Positions 41,801 to 52,121 are shown, counted from the first letter of the stretch. The stretch is 64,000 nt of DNA from Patescibacteria group bacterium (GCA_041661745.1 JBAZTR010000002.1:132368-196367); one strand, 5' to 3'. Numbers and translations are program-made. Notes: generated by a model from the letters alone, not told the origin.

Positions 41801-42081
41801 ATGCGCAACGGTGCTTCGAAGGTAATATTTTTATTACGGGAAGTAACCTCGTCAAACTTTGGTTCATCCATGTAATAGTCGTCAAAATGCAATTCCAAAT
41901 CGCGACCAATAAAATCACGAATCGGATTGATTTCATCAAACAGTTCGCGCAAACCTTCTTTCATGAACCAGTCGTAAGAACTTAACTGGATTTCCGTAAG
42001 CTCGGGCAGTTCCATGCTGTCCGGTACGGTCGTAAAAGTGCGACGTTCCTTCTCCTTCGGAGGTGTTAAGCGGTAAATCAT
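38806..42081 (-). CDS. rpoB: DNA-directed RNA polymerase subunit beta
   Basis: 1091 aa. Conserved beta-subunit blocks ([13 protein letters not shown], etc.). Confidence 0.95.
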   Translation of the reverse strand: MIYRLTPPKEKERRTFTTVPDSMELPELTEIQLSSYDWFMKEGLRELFDEINPIRDFIGRDLELHFDDYYMDEPKFDEVTSRNKNITFEAPLRIKARLTNKRNNTSKEQEIYLGDLPVMTPRGTFIINGIERVIVSQLVRSAGAFFTAEVQRGRRYYGAKIIPNRGAWLEFETDPKNVMWVKIDRKRKVTVTALLRAFGYFTDEEIIKLFEDIDTHPMNHYIESTLAKDPSKDENGGLIEVYKRIRPGDLATPDNAKSLIHSMFFNFDRYDLGKVGRFKFNLRFGLDASETEITPEEKRILHKEDLVQIIREIIRLNITQEDPDDVDHLGNRRVRAVGELIQSRFRVGLARMERIIKDRMSTQEVELLTPARLINARPVIGAVREFFMSSQLSQFMDQMNPLSELEHKRRLSAMGPGGLSRERAGFEVRDVHPTHYGRICPIQTPEGPNIGLVGQLASYAVVNKYGFIETPYRKTEKITDKKGKVRVHVTDEIEYINAFKEDKHVTVPATIKMDAEGFIVDDFVSARKFGEPQIVPVEEVDYVDVSSKQIVSIGSSLVPFLEHDDATRALMGTNMQRQAVPTIKPQSPIVGTGSERRAARDSGHVVLADAEGTVTAVDGNRIEITDKKDNVHVQRLNKFLRSNASTCINQVPSIDVGDKVKKGDLIADSSAVEKGELALGQNALVAFMVWEGYNYEDAVIINERMVHDDRFTSVHIENYTLDVRDTKLGSEVITCDIPNVSEEKLKNLDAEGVIRVGAEVKSGDILVGKITPKGETELSAEEKLLRAIFGEKARDVRDSSMYLEHGEHGKVVDIKVFSRESGDKLPPGVVKSVQVAVADLRKIQVGDKVAGRHGNKGVISKVVPVQDMPFLEDGTPVDVILTPLGVVSRMNLGQILETHLGLAANALGYKVATPVLNGVKEIEIRDELERAGFPKSGQLILHDGRSGEAFANPVTVGYMYMLKLNHMVEDKIHQRSTGPYSLITQQPLGGKAQFGGQRFGEMEVWALEAYGAAHTLQEILTIKSDDVPGRSKAYESIIKNETIRKVNIPESFNVLLRELKGLCLGVELMKNGQVVELAEEKEKKARALKKA

Positions 42082-42487
42082 AATTTGGCTTATAGAACAA
42101 AAAATCCGTCCCTAAAATAAAGGAAGGTTAATTATGTTTTTTTATTGTTAGGCAGGACAGTTCCAGCGCGCTCGTCAAGCGGGTCGCGTTAGTAACCGTT
42201 AAATATTGCGCCAGCATGGAAAATATTTTTTCATGCCTCGAATCCCGTCAAACGGGAGAAGAAGCTTTTGCTGGAGGTCCGCCCGGTAGACCTGTCTGCC
42301 TCAAACGGGGCGAATTTTAGCCGAAAAACTTCGGCCAGCTCGACGCAAATATATCAAAGCTGTGGACAAACGTCAAGAGGAAAAAGAGTGAATAAAAAAC
42401 AAGCTGTCAAGACTAGAACTTTTTTAGCTTAATTTAGCTAAAAGACAGTATAAAACCAACTTTTAACCCGGAAGTTATCCCCAAAAT

Positions 42488-42521
42488 CCCCCTTCGTCGA
42501 GCCTAGCTCGACTTCGGAGGG
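42488..42521 (+). repeat. CCCCCTTCGTCGAG..CTCGACTTCGGAGGG hairpin motif (copy 1)
   Basis: Shares CCTTCGTCGAG and TCGACTTCGGA cores with the copy at 44204-44241. Confidence 0.6.
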
Positions 42522-43081
42522 ATTGTTCAAACATTCATGGAACAAACACAAATGCTCCACCAAAAGCCACAAAGCAACAGCGATGACTTGAGCGAAGAAA
42601 CACTAAGCCAATATTGTTTGAACGCGAGGAGAGAGATTTGCATTCAAGACATTGATCTAGCGGCATCACGTGCTTTGCGGCTTCCGATGGAGCATCCGAG
42701 GGTATTATTAAATCATTTTTTTATTATTTCGACAAGGTAACTAAAACGCCCCAAAACGGAAGACAAGAACCATGAGTGGCCGGGCTTACGCTAGGCATCG
42801 TGGGTAGAAGTCGAAGGCGGTCAGAAGAAAGCCGAGGCCTTGTTCTGATCGAATCGAGTTCAAATTATCTTATTCGGCAACAAAACCGAACAAAATGTGG
42901 CTCCTCTTGTCCTCCGTTTTAGGGCGGAATCAATCATTTTTGACCGAAAAATATACCACAAAATCACGACTTTGTCAATGTTCGCGTCTTCTAATTGATA
43001 AAACAAAACCTCTCGCAAACTTCTAATCCCTAAAGATTAAATATCTGCGAGAGGCTTCCGAACGCGCTGGGCACGCTCGGA

Positions 43082-43339
43082 TTAGACGTCGATCGCCTTG
43101 GTGCGGTCGACTTCGAGCTGGTCGGGCTTCTTGCGGCGGCGGATCTCGATGATCGCCCGCCAGCCGATGAACCCGAGCGTCAGCTCGTCCATGAGAGGAA
43201 TGGTGTCCGGAGTGAGAATGCCGATCCCGAGGATCAGCAGAATCGCCCACAGAATCCAGCTTGGAAGTCTGCGAAGGATCTTCTTGTCCGCCCAGTCGAG
43301 GACGGAATGATGAAGGAACTTGGCCGGAAGCATAAGCAT
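43082..43339 (-). CDS. DUF1232 (YkvA)-like small membrane protein, GC-rich
   Basis: 85 aa. LTPDTIPLMDELTLGFIGW resembles the DUF1232 D.IPD.IP..G..DD motif. High GC. Confidence 0.45.
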   Translation of the reverse strand: MLMLPAKFLHHSVLDWADKKILRRLPSWILWAILLILGIGILTPDTIPLMDELTLGFIGWRAIIEIRRRKKPDQLEVDRTKAIDV

Positions 43340-43497
43340 CGATTTTTCCTCCAGGCTTAATAGCCTGTTTACTCGTTGTTAAGTCCAAAAAACTAAACTA
43401 TCGGATATAAAATATACCATAAAAAAGCCCTTTTGTCAATGGTCAATAAAAAACCACACAGCCGTAAAGCTGTGCGGGGAGAGGGGGTTGTCGGGTA

Positions 43498-43980
43498 CTA
43501 CGCCACGCGGCGGAGGAGGCGCCCGTTTTCGAACCAGCCGCCGGGGATGTTGCACCAGTCCTTGATCCACCGGCCACCGATCCACCGAACACAAGCGCAT
43601 CTTGAAGAATCGCTAGGGTCCAGCCAGTTCAGGAAGGCGATGAATACCTTACGTAAAGCAGCGGGAATCTCGTCCTGATGATCCAGGAAATGTTGGCCTT
43701 CTCCTTCACCCTGAGCGGCACACATCTCCTTAGACCTCTCGAGCAACCTACGGCTATCGATAGACTTCTCACTATCGGAGAGGTAGGAGAGAACCTCGTA
43801 GGTTCGTCTGCCGATAACCATAGTGGTCGGTAGGGGCTGACCATCTTCCACCAGCTTCTGGAGACCTTCCAGAAGTCTCGCCGGATCGTGGGGATACTCC
43901 GCCTGCCCGAGCTGACGCTCGATCTCACTAAGGCGCCGAAGCGCCGTTCGAAGCTGATCGCCAGTGAGGATATACCTCAT
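43498..43980 (-). CDS. Hypothetical protein, GC-rich
   Basis: Start at MRYILTGDQL. No recognisable motif. GC is far above the genome background. Confidence 0.4.
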   Translation of the reverse strand: MRYILTGDQLRTALRRLSEIERQLGQAEYPHDPARLLEGLQKLVEDGQPLPTTMVIGRRTYEVLSYLSDSEKSIDSRRLLERSKEMCAAQGEGEGQHFLDHQDEIPAALRKVFIAFLNWLDPSDSSRCACVRWIGGRWIKDWCNIPGGWFENGRLLRRVA

Positions 43981-44203
43981 GACAATCTCCTTGTGATAGT
44001 GGCTCACGCCCGCCAGTGCGACATACACCAACAGACATTCGCCGTCCGAAACCGGTTGTGTCCCGATCTTCTCTCAAGTTTCTTATTAAAAAATCTAAAA
44101 GAAAACCAGGACATTTTGGTTCCCGACTATACTTTAAAATAGGCAAAATGTCAATGTTTGTACCTAACCGATTAAAAATGCTAAAATAGATGAGCTTTCA
44201 CTT

Positions 44204-44241
44204 TGTCCGCCTTCGTCGAGACTTAAATTCGACTTCGGACG
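44204..44241 (+). repeat. CCGCCTTCGTCGAG..TCGACTTCGGACGG hairpin motif (copy 2)
   Basis: Same orientation as copy 1. Together they bracket the 43.05-44.04 kb GC-rich island. Confidence 0.6.
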
Positions 44242-44325
44242 GATGTCGCTATAAGGCGGATAATCCCACCATAGCCCCGCGAATGCGGGGCGAAGGGGGA
44301 TGATGCCTGTGGGGCTCCATTTTTT

Positions 44326-46692
44326 ATGTCCAGAAGAAGAAAACATCGTTATCAAACTGATTCGCCAAGATTTGAACTGCCGCCGCTGAATCCGGAAACC
44401 AAGCGCGGCATTATCGTAGTCTTTTTATTTGCCGCCGCGGCTCTACTTCTTCTTTCGTTCTTCCAAATAGCTGGAACAGCTGGAATAACTTTGGACACTT
44501 TAATGGCCAAAGGTTTTGGCGTTGATCGTTTTTTGGTTCCTTTTCTTTTTGTGGTCATTGGCTTTTCCCTTCTCTTCCCGGAACGCAGCAAAATGGGACC
44601 ATGGAATTATTTGGGAACACTTTTTTTCTTTCTATCATTAAACGGTTTAATTAATTTGATTTGGAACCAAAAACAACTAGCTACTCCGGAGCGTTTAATG
44701 GCGACTGGTGGTTTGGTTGGACAAGCCCTTGGTTCCACGCTTGAAAAAGCTACAAGTTTTTGGGCAGCCTTACTTATCTTAGCTGCCTTACTACTAATCT
44801 CTGTCATTCTGACTCTTAACACCTCTCTGCGTTCAATTGTCGGCTTTCATCGCCACCTAACTGGTTGGTTTGGTGAGATGTTGCACCGCCGCCGCACCGA
44901 AGCTTTGGAGCGCGAATTAAATTCTGGAATCACCGTGTCTGAAGAGGACGAAGGGGTTGAGGGGGACGAAGAGGACGAGGGGATTGAAACCGAAGAAGTT
45001 GATGAAGACGAAGCCAAAAAGAATTTCCGCACAACTAATCTGGTGCCAGCTGAAGCGGAAAAGGTTTTAACCACTCGCCAACATCGTCAGATAAATCTTC
45101 CAATTGATCTTTTGGAATACCGTTCGATGAAAGTAAATTCCGGGGACACTGATCGCAACAAGGAAATTATTCGTCGGACTTTTGAACAATTTCATATTCC
45201 AGTGGAGATGGGGGAAATTGCTGTTGGCCCAACCATTGCTCAATACACTTTACGTCCGCATGAAGGCGTTAAACTTTCTAAAATTGTCGCCCTTAATAAC
45301 GACTTGGCTTTGGCTTTGGCCGCTCACCCAATTCGTATCGAAGCACCAATCCCAGGTAAGTCATTGGTTGGCGTTGAGGTTCCAAACCAATCAATCGCCA
45401 CTGTCTCCTTGCGTGACTTGCTTGAATCAAAAGCTTTTAAAAATCGCCCCAGCAACTTAAGTGTGGCCGTTGGTAAAGATGTTACCGGTAAAGTTTGGGT
45501 CGCCCCTCTGGAAAAAATGCCGCACATGTTGATTGCCGGAGCCACCGGTTCCGGTAAAAGCGTTTGTATCAACACGATTATTGTTTCTTTGCTTTACACC
45601 AATGGTCCTGATGATCTTAAACTCATCATGGTTGATCCAAAGCGTGTTGAACTCACGGCTTACGAAGGAATTCCTCATCTTCTGGTACCACCTATCACCA
45701 AAGTCGACGACACTGTTAATGCTTTGAAATGGACTGTCCGTGAAATGGATCGCCGTCTTGATTTACTTTCCAAATTTGGCGCCCGTGATATTAATTCCTA
45801 CAACCAACGGGTGGAAGAAAAAATGCCACGCATTGTCGTGTTGATTGATGAGTTGGCTGACCTTATGGCCTCGAGCGGTCACGAGATTGAAGGAACAATT
45901 GTCCGCATTGCTCAGATGGCTCGTGCTGTTGGTATTCACTTAGTCTTGGCCACTCAGCGACCGAGCGTTGATGTTATTACCGGACTTATCAAAGCCAACT
46001 TTCCAACCCGCGCTGCTTTTGCCGTAGCCTCGCAAACTGATTCGCGCACCATTCTTGATTGTGCCGGTGCAGAAAAACTTCTGGGTCGCGGCGACATGCT
46101 TTACAGCTCAGCTGAATTATCCAAACCGGTTCGCTTGCAAGGCGCTTATGTTTCGGAAGCCGAAGTTAATCGTATTGTTGAACACTTAAAACAAGAGTCC
46201 ACACCTGATTACAACTACTCGGTTTTAGAAAAAGAAAAAATGGGTTCTATTTTCGATGGCGCGGCCGATGTTGGTGACTCTGATCCAGTCTTGGTCGAGG
46301 CGGCCCAGATTGTTATTCAAGCCGGCCGAGCTTCCACTTCCCTTTTGCAACGTCGTCTAAAAATCGGCTATGGCCGAGCGGCCCGTATCCTGGATGTCTT
46401 GGAAGAAAATGGCGTTATCGGCCCACCTGATGGTTCCAAGCCTCGAGAGATCTTGGTGGAATCATGGCCGCCGAATAGTAATTTACGAGATCCGGAATTT
46501 GCTGAACGAAAAGAGTTCTTAAAAATCGAAGAACTACCAGTGCCTCCGGATGCCGTTGATCTTGAAATAGAAGAGGTTGAAGAAGAGGCCGTGATAAAGG
46601 AAGAGGACATTAATAATTATGTTCCTTCGCCGGATCAAAATTTTCTCGATGCTCAAGAGGGTGAATATTTAGATGAAAAAGAAGAAAAGTAG
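44326..46692 (+). CDS. ftsK: DNA translocase FtsK/SpoIIIE
   Basis: N-terminal TM helices. Walker A GATGSGKS, Walker B VVLIDELADL. C-terminal gamma (winged-helix) domain. Confidence 0.9.
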   Translation: MSRRRKHRYQTDSPRFELPPLNPETKRGIIVVFLFAAAALLLLSFFQIAGTAGITLDTLMAKGFGVDRFLVPFLFVVIGFSLLFPERSKMGPWNYLGTLFFFLSLNGLINLIWNQKQLATPERLMATGGLVGQALGSTLEKATSFWAALLILAALLLISVILTLNTSLRSIVGFHRHLTGWFGEMLHRRRTEALERELNSGITVSEEDEGVEGDEEDEGIETEEVDEDEAKKNFRTTNLVPAEAEKVLTTRQHRQINLPIDLLEYRSMKVNSGDTDRNKEIIRRTFEQFHIPVEMGEIAVGPTIAQYTLRPHEGVKLSKIVALNNDLALALAAHPIRIEAPIPGKSLVGVEVPNQSIATVSLRDLLESKAFKNRPSNLSVAVGKDVTGKVWVAPLEKMPHMLIAGATGSGKSVCINTIIVSLLYTNGPDDLKLIMVDPKRVELTAYEGIPHLLVPPITKVDDTVNALKWTVREMDRRLDLLSKFGARDINSYNQRVEEKMPRIVVLIDELADLMASSGHEIEGTIVRIAQMARAVGIHLVLATQRPSVDVITGLIKANFPTRAAFAVASQTDSRTILDCAGAEKLLGRGDMLYSSAELSKPVRLQGAYVSEAEVNRIVEHLKQESTPDYNYSVLEKEKMGSIFDGAADVGDSDPVLVEAAQIVIQAGRASTSLLQRRLKIGYGRAARILDVLEENGVIGPPDGSKPREILVESWPPNSNLRDPEFAERKEFLKIEELPVPPDAVDLEIEEVEEEAVIKEEDINNYVPSPDQNFLDAQEGEYLDEKEEK

Positions 46693-46702
46693 TTGAAAAG
46701 TT

Positions 46703-47371
46703 ATGTCCTTCTTTGTCCGAAATTTGAAACAGGAGGAAGGCCTTGGCGAAAAAATTCGCGCCTTGCGCAAACACAAAAACATCACTTTAAACGAAGTGGT
46801 GAGTATTACCAAAATCCAAAAAAAACATCTTGAGGCTTTCGAGTCCGGCCGATACGATCAATTGCCTGAACCAATTTACGCCAAAAATTTTCTGCGAAAA
46901 TATATTCAGGCTCTAGGCGGTGACCCTAATTATTTTGTCACCCGTTTTGAGGAAGAGACAAAAAAATGTGATCTACTCACCCCACACCGTCTGCCAGTTC
47001 AACGCACTCGAGCCGCGGCTTTGTTTGCCTCGCATCGTTTGTGGAAACTTTTAGTTGGTTTATGTTTTGTTGGAGCGATTATTTTCTACCTGGGCTGGCA
47101 AGTTAATGCTTTAATGGCCCTGCCGGAAATAACTGTTTTCGAACCATTGGACGGCATCGAGGTTACCAAGGCAACCATTACTGTCAAAGGAAAAGTTGAT
47201 CGTGAGGCAGAAATATTTGTAAACAACGATGCCGTTGTCTCAGACATTGACGGAAATTTCAGCACAGAAGTAACGCTTGAGCGAGGTTTAAACATAATCA
47301 CGATCGAGGCGAATACCAGACATTCCAAAAAAGCCGCGGTTTATCGAAAGGTTGTGTTAAAACAAGAATAA
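46703..47371 (+). CDS. RodZ-like XRE-HTH membrane protein
   Basis: N-terminal HTH (LGEKIRALRKHKNITLNEVVSITKI), TM segment, and C-terminal beta-rich domain. Confidence 0.55.
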   Translation: MSFFVRNLKQEEGLGEKIRALRKHKNITLNEVVSITKIQKKHLEAFESGRYDQLPEPIYAKNFLRKYIQALGGDPNYFVTRFEEETKKCDLLTPHRLPVQRTRAAALFASHRLWKLLVGLCFVGAIIFYLGWQVNALMALPEITVFEPLDGIEVTKATITVKGKVDREAEIFVNNDAVVSDIDGNFSTEVTLERGLNIITIEANTRHSKKAAVYRKVVLKQE

Positions 47372-47476
47372 ATATTTATCCACATCGCCCTGAAAATTGG
47401 GCGATTTTGTTTATTGCCTTTTCTTCCTTTCACCTTTAAGATGGAAGGGCTACTGAGAAAACGGGTGGGTATTTTT

Positions 47477-47545
47477 GAGGGCGTTAAGGCCTTAAGGCCG
47501 GGCTCCCTCATTTCCTCAACGCCTAAACGCCTTAGCGCCCCCCCC
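47477..47545. repeat. GC-rich palindromic intergenic repeat, family GGGCG(T/C)TAAGG / CCTTA(A/G)CGCCC (copy R1)
   Basis: GAGGGCGTTAAGGCCTTAAGGCCGGGC..CAACGCCTAAACGCCTTAGCGCCCC. Confidence 0.7.
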
Positions 47546-47582
47546 CACAATTTAACCCCCTCTATCCACCCCAACAAAAAAT

Positions 47583-48629
47583 ATGCCTAAACATGTTATC
47601 GAAGAGCCGACGGGTAAATCCCAGGCGGCCACTGAAGCCATTGCCCAAATTCGCCAACGTTTTGGTGAAGGTTCCATTATGAAACTCGGCGAAGCCAAAA
47701 CCATGAAGGTCGATGCTGTAACCACCGGTTGTTTGTCGCTCGACATCGCTCTTGGCGTTGGCGGGGTGCCGCGCGGGCGCATTATCGAAATCTTTGGACC
47801 GGAATCGTCCGGTAAAACCACTTTGGCCCAACACATTGTGGCCGAAGTGCAAAAAGCCGGCGGCGTGGCCGCCTTCGTTGATGCCGAACACGCCCTGGAT
47901 CCTGATTATGCCCAAAAAATCGGCGTCAATATCAACGACCTGCTAATTTCACAGCCTGATAACGGCGAACAAGCTTTAGAAATTGTCGAAACCTTGGTTC
48001 GCTCAAACGGCGTTGATGTTGTGGTAGTTGACTCGGTCGCTGCTCTCACGCCAAAAGCCGAAATCGAAGGCGACATGGGTGACCAGCACATGGGTTTGCA
48101 GGCTCGTCTCATGAGCCAGGCCTTGCGTAAACTCGCGGCCATTGTCGGCAAAACCCACACCATTGTTATTTTCATCAACCAAATCAGAATGAAGATTGGC
48201 GTCTTTTTCGGCAATCCGGAAACCACCACTGGCGGCAATGCTTTAAAATTCTATTCCTCCATGCGCATCGAAATTCGTCGTTCAGCGCAAATCAAACAAG
48301 GCGAAAGAATTATTGGCAACCGCACCCGCGTTAAGGTGGTTAAAAATAAAATGGCTCCGCCTTTCCGCACTTGTGAGTTCGACATTCTTTATAACGAAGG
48401 TATTTCCATTGCCGGTGACATCCTTGATGTTGGTGTGCCGAGCGGGGTTGTTAAAAAGAGCGGCAACTCATACATGTTTAACGAAGAGAAGTTGGGTGTC
48501 GGTCGCGAAGTTGTTAAACAATATCTGCGCGAACATCCCGAAACCATGGCGGCCATTCGCAAAGTGATTACTGACAAAATGGAAGCCGGCGAATTGGAGA
48601 TGGAGGCGTCCGAAGGCGAAGGGGAATAA
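47583..48629 (+). CDS. recA: Recombinase RecA
   Basis: GPESSGKTT Walker A. Conserved L1/L2 regions. 348 aa. Confidence 0.95.
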   Translation: MPKHVIEEPTGKSQAATEAIAQIRQRFGEGSIMKLGEAKTMKVDAVTTGCLSLDIALGVGGVPRGRIIEIFGPESSGKTTLAQHIVAEVQKAGGVAAFVDAEHALDPDYAQKIGVNINDLLISQPDNGEQALEIVETLVRSNGVDVVVVDSVAALTPKAEIEGDMGDQHMGLQARLMSQALRKLAAIVGKTHTIVIFINQIRMKIGVFFGNPETTTGGNALKFYSSMRIEIRRSAQIKQGERIIGNRTRVKVVKNKMAPPFRTCEFDILYNEGISIAGDILDVGVPSGVVKKSGNSYMFNEEKLGVGREVVKQYLREHPETMAAIRKVITDKMEAGELEMEASEGEGE

Positions 48630-48640
48630 AGTCATAAACA

Positions 48641-48672
48641 AAAAACCAACCGGACAAACGGTTGGTTTTTAA
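48641..48672 (+). terminator. Rho-independent terminator (AAAAACCAACCGGACAAACGGTTGGTTTTTA)
   Basis: Perfect 9-bp stem plus T-run. An identical copy lies at 49319-49350. Confidence 0.7.
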
Positions 48673-48728
48673 TTCCTTTACGGTTAACCTTCAAAATTGT
48701 ATATTAAGACTGGCTTAAAACAACCAAT

Positions 48729-49316
48729 ATGGAAGAAAATCTAAAACCAATCGCCAATTTCTTATTTGAAACCGGCATGCTACAAAAAACACCACGTAGC
48801 GGTTTTTTCTTTTTAGGTAGTGGCAACCAGTCAGTGGCCGAACATATTAACCGCGTTTCATATGCCGGTTTCACTTTAGCTAAAATGAATGGCCAAGCTG
48901 ATCTAAATAAAATTCTCCAGATGTGCATGTTCCACGATCTTTCCGAGGCCCGAGTTTCCGACCTGAATTATGTTCACCAAAAATACAATGAGCGTTTGGA
49001 AACCAAAGCTGTGGAAGATTTAGCTAATACTCTACCTTTTGGTGATGACATGAAGAAGATAATCGATGAATACGAAGCTAGAGAAACCATCGAAGCCAAA
49101 TTAACAAAAGACGCTGACAACATTGAACTTCTGTTATCACTAAAAGAACAATCAGACATTGGTAACGACCGTGCTGATACTTGGATCCAACCATTACTTG
49201 GTCGTCTACTAACAGAAGAAGGAAAACAACTGGCTCAAGTAATTCTTAATACCGATTCTGATCAATGGTGGTACGGAAACAAAGATGACAAGTGGTGGAT
49301 TAATAGAGATAAGTAA
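48729..49316 (+). CDS. HD-domain phosphohydrolase (YfbR-like 5'-deoxynucleotidase)
   Basis: H..HD..E motifs (EHINRVSYAG, MFHDLSEARVSD). Confidence 0.65.
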   Translation: MEENLKPIANFLFETGMLQKTPRSGFFFLGSGNQSVAEHINRVSYAGFTLAKMNGQADLNKILQMCMFHDLSEARVSDLNYVHQKYNERLETKAVEDLANTLPFGDDMKKIIDEYEARETIEAKLTKDADNIELLLSLKEQSDIGNDRADTWIQPLLGRLLTEEGKQLAQVILNTDSDQWWYGNKDDKWWINRDK

Positions 49317-49318
49317 TC

Positions 49319-49350
49319 AAAAAACCAACCGGACAAACGGTTGGTTTTTA
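49319..49350 (+). terminator. Rho-independent terminator, exact duplicate of the recA terminator
   Basis: AAAAACCAACCGGACAAACGGTTGGTTTTTA. Confidence 0.7.
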
Positions 49351-49400
49351 AATTTTCCAAAGCCTCTCAAGCCTTTCCCGCCTTTCCAGCATCTCAAGCG

Positions 49401-49967
49401 TTAGTTATTCACCCTTTCCGAATATTCCCCATTATCCGTGCTGACCAAAACTTCTTCGTTTTCTTTTAAAAAGATCGGCACGCGAATTTTCATTCCATTA
49501 TCAAGGGTCGCTTCTTTAGTAACATTGCCTGAGGCGGTATCACCTTTAACAGCCGGTTCGGTGGAAACAACTTTGTACTGAATTTTCATTGGCAGGTTAA
49601 TGGTGAGTGGGGTTTCGCCGTGCATAATGATCATCACTTCCAAACCTTCTTTCAGAAACTTGGCGTCATCACCGACATCATCAACCCCGAGCTGTACTTG
49701 CTCGTAAGTCTGATTATCCATGAAGGTGTAGAAAGTTCCGTCGCCGTATAAGTACTGCATTTTTTTGTATTGTACTTCCTCAAATTCCAGTGATTCGGCT
49801 GACTTGAAATTTTGTTCGACGATTTTTCCGGTTTTGATGTTTTTGGCGCGGGTGCGCACAAAAGAACTACCTTTGCCCGGCGAAACGCGTTGGAAATAGA
49901 CGACTACCCACAACTCGCCGTTTAGCCGAAGCACGGTGCCTTTTTTGATATCATTTGGTGATGACAT
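49401..49967 (-). CDS. efp: Elongation factor P
   Basis: IKKGTVLRLNGELWVV..SPGKGSSFVRTRAKN with the conserved KPG-loop region. Confidence 0.9.
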   Translation of the reverse strand: MSSPNDIKKGTVLRLNGELWVVVYFQRVSPGKGSSFVRTRAKNIKTGKIVEQNFKSAESLEFEEVQYKKMQYLYGDGTFYTFMDNQTYEQVQLGVDDVGDDAKFLKEGLEVMIIMHGETPLTINLPMKIQYKVVSTEPAVKGDTASGNVTKEATLDNGMKIRVPIFLKENEEVLVSTDNGEYSERVNN

Positions 49968-49970
49968 AAT

Positions 49971-50210
49971 TTATCTTTGAATGAACGGAAGAAGGGCCAT
50001 GATACGAGCACGCTTGATGGCGTCGGCCAAGACCCGTTGGTGTTTGGCGCAAACGCCGCTGCGATGACGCGGCACGATTTTAGCGAAGGACGAAGTAAAG
50101 CGTCGCAAAAACTGCGAGTCTTTATAATCGATTTCGATTTTTTTATTAACGCAAAACGGACAATGGCGTTGTTTGGCGTTATTATTTTTCTTATTGTTAT
50201 TATCTTTCAT
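49971..50210 (-). CDS. rpsR: 30S ribosomal protein S18
   Basis: CPFC..IDYKD..LRRF..GKI.PRR.TG.CAK.QR.L motif. Confidence 0.85.
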   Translation of the reverse strand: MKDNNNKKNNNAKQRHCPFCVNKKIEIDYKDSQFLRRFTSSFAKIVPRHRSGVCAKHQRVLADAIKRARIMALLPFIQR

Positions 50211-50223
50211 AAATTGTCATTCT

Positions 50224-50658
50224 TTAAAAAGGAATATCTTCAACCTTGATTTCCGTGGTCGGATCGATTGACGGATCATCTGGCAATGAAGTCGCGGCCG
50301 GAGCAAAGCTGCCGCCACCGGCACTGCCGGCGCGATCAAGAATAATGGCATTCTCGGCCACCACTTCGGTGCGATAACGCTTAACACCATCCTGACCCTC
50401 CCAGTCACGGGTTTGCAAACGACCTTCAATATAAACTTTTTTACCTTTGGCTAAATACTGTCCAAGAATTTCCGCGAGCTTGCCCCAAGCCACGATGTTA
50501 TGGAATTCTGCTTTATCCTGTTTAACTCCATTGGCATCGGTCCAGTTGCGATTGGTGGCCACACCAAAAGTGCAGACACTTTGGCCAGACGGCAATTGTT
50601 TAACTTCCGGATCCCTGGTGACGTTACCAAGAATCGTCGCGCGATTGAGTGAAAACAT
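50224..50658 (-). CDS. ssb: Single-stranded DNA-binding protein
   Basis: OB-fold N-terminus (NRATILGNVTRDPEV). C-terminal acidic tip DDIPF. Confidence 0.9.
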   Translation of the reverse strand: MFSLNRATILGNVTRDPEVKQLPSGQSVCTFGVATNRNWTDANGVKQDKAEFHNIVAWGKLAEILGQYLAKGKKVYIEGRLQTRDWEGQDGVKRYRTEVVAENAIILDRAGSAGGGSFAPAATSLPDDPSIDPTTEIKVEDIPF

Positions 50659-50669
50659 ATGTTCGATGA

Positions 50670-51176
50670 TTAAATATTTTCGGAAGTGTTAACATCCAAA
50701 ATTTCATCAAGTTTTTTATCCAAGTCTTCCATGGACAATGGTTTTTCGTCACGCAATACTGGTTCGGTTTCCGTTACTTCGGCTGGTTTAACCGGCGCAG
50801 CTTCGGCCGCGCGATGTGGGCGACGGATTTCCTCTTCCTCTTCCGACAACGGGGCCACATAGGATTCGAGCAGGAACGAACGTTCCGGCACGCCCTTAGG
50901 AAGTTGCACCAACATGTGACGCAAAACCTCCGTGGCTAAACGGAGTTGATTTTCGATTTCGGCGACCACCGAAGTTTCGGCTTCGAGGTAGGCCAAAATA
51001 TATGAACCATGGCGCGTTTGCTTGATAGGATAGGCCAAGCGAATGCGACCAAGATTTTCCTCCTTAACGACTTTGGCTCCGGCCTTTTCGATTAGACCGC
51101 GAACCGTTCCTTGGATCCCCTCAATTTCCGCGTCAGTGAAGCGGGTGGGGATGATGTAAAGTAATTCGTACATCAT
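50670..51176 (-). CDS. rpsF: 30S ribosomal protein S6 with acidic C-terminal extension
   Basis: MYELLYII..RHGSY S6 pattern. Operon order rpsF-ssb-rpsR. Confidence 0.85.
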   Translation of the reverse strand: MMYELLYIIPTRFTDAEIEGIQGTVRGLIEKAGAKVVKEENLGRIRLAYPIKQTRHGSYILAYLEAETSVVAEIENQLRLATEVLRHMLVQLPKGVPERSFLLESYVAPLSEEEEEIRRPHRAAEAAPVKPAEVTETEPVLRDEKPLSMEDLDKKLDEILDVNTSENI

Positions 51177-51416
51177 AGAGTGTCGCCCCGCACCGTACGG
51201 TGCAGGGACTCTGGTTAAATAACGCCCCAGAGTATGGACGACTTAAATTGTAAGTGCCCAGACTTTAATATATTTGGCGGTTTTGGTCAAGACTTATGGC
51301 TTGAGATGCCTTAGGGGCCGGCGAGGCTGGAAAGGCCTCTGTTATCCACTTCTGCCTAATAAGGCTTGTGATAAACTGACTGCGGTTCATTCGTTTTTCA
51401 CGGAAGGAGGCGGGCT

Positions 51417-52070
51417 GTGATTTCTCACTTTTTCGACTCGTGGTCCCGTCAACTGGCCATCAAGCTCGATGCCTGGCTCATTGCCAAAGGATACGTTCCT
51501 GAACGCCAGCAGGTGAGAGATGAAAACGAGCACAATGGCCGGATCATCGTCATCACCGGCGAAATGTTCTCGGGCAAGACCGAAGAGCTGATTCGTCTGG
51601 TCAGGCGCAATGTTTTTGCCAAGGTTTCCTTCGCCACCTTCAAGCCGCGGCGCGACACGCGAGAAAGTGGCCTAGTAAAATGTCGCAACGGTCACCACTT
51701 GGAAGCAATCGAGGTGGGGGATTCCAAGGAAATCCTCCGACACATCGTGGCCCATCCGGAGATCAGAGTCGTCGGCGTCGACGAAGCCCAGTTCTTCGAC
51801 GAAGGAATCGTCGAGGTTCTGCGGACTCTGGCCGACATACGCCACATCACGGTCATCGTGGCCGGCCTGGACATGGATTTCGAAGGCAAACCGTTCGGAC
51901 CAGTGCCCGGCCTCATGGCCATCGCTTCCGAAGTCCGTAAAGTCCACGCCGTCTGTGTCGAGTGTGGTCGTACTGCCGCCTACAGTCGCCGCAAGGTGCC
52001 CGACACCGCGCAGATCGTGGTCGGCTACGATGGCTACGAGGCCGTCTGCCGCGCCCATCGTTCTTTCTAG
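51417..52070 (+). CDS. tdk: Thymidine kinase (GC-rich, GTG start, N-terminal extension)
   Basis: P-loop GEMFSGKTEELIRL. C-terminal zinc ribbon CVECGRTAAYSRR..C..H. GC is much higher than the neighbours. Confidence 0.7.
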   Translation: MISHFFDSWSRQLAIKLDAWLIAKGYVPERQQVRDENEHNGRIIVITGEMFSGKTEELIRLVRRNVFAKVSFATFKPRRDTRESGLVKCRNGHHLEAIEVGDSKEILRHIVAHPEIRVVGVDEAQFFDEGIVEVLRTLADIRHITVIVAGLDMDFEGKPFGPVPGLMAIASEVRKVHAVCVECGRTAAYSRRKVPDTAQIVVGYDGYEAVCRAHRSF

Positions 52071-52121
52071 GTTCCTAGTTCTCTGTCCCGCACCCACTCA
52101 GGGTCGCGGGTTTTTAATAAA

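Noticed and set aside
42100-43020. tmRNA in the large non-coding gaps
   Set aside because: No GGACGGGGGTTCGA.TCC..CCACCA-like 3' domain and no tag-peptide reading frame were found on either strand. T-loop-like GTTCGA words occur only in the annotated tRNAs.
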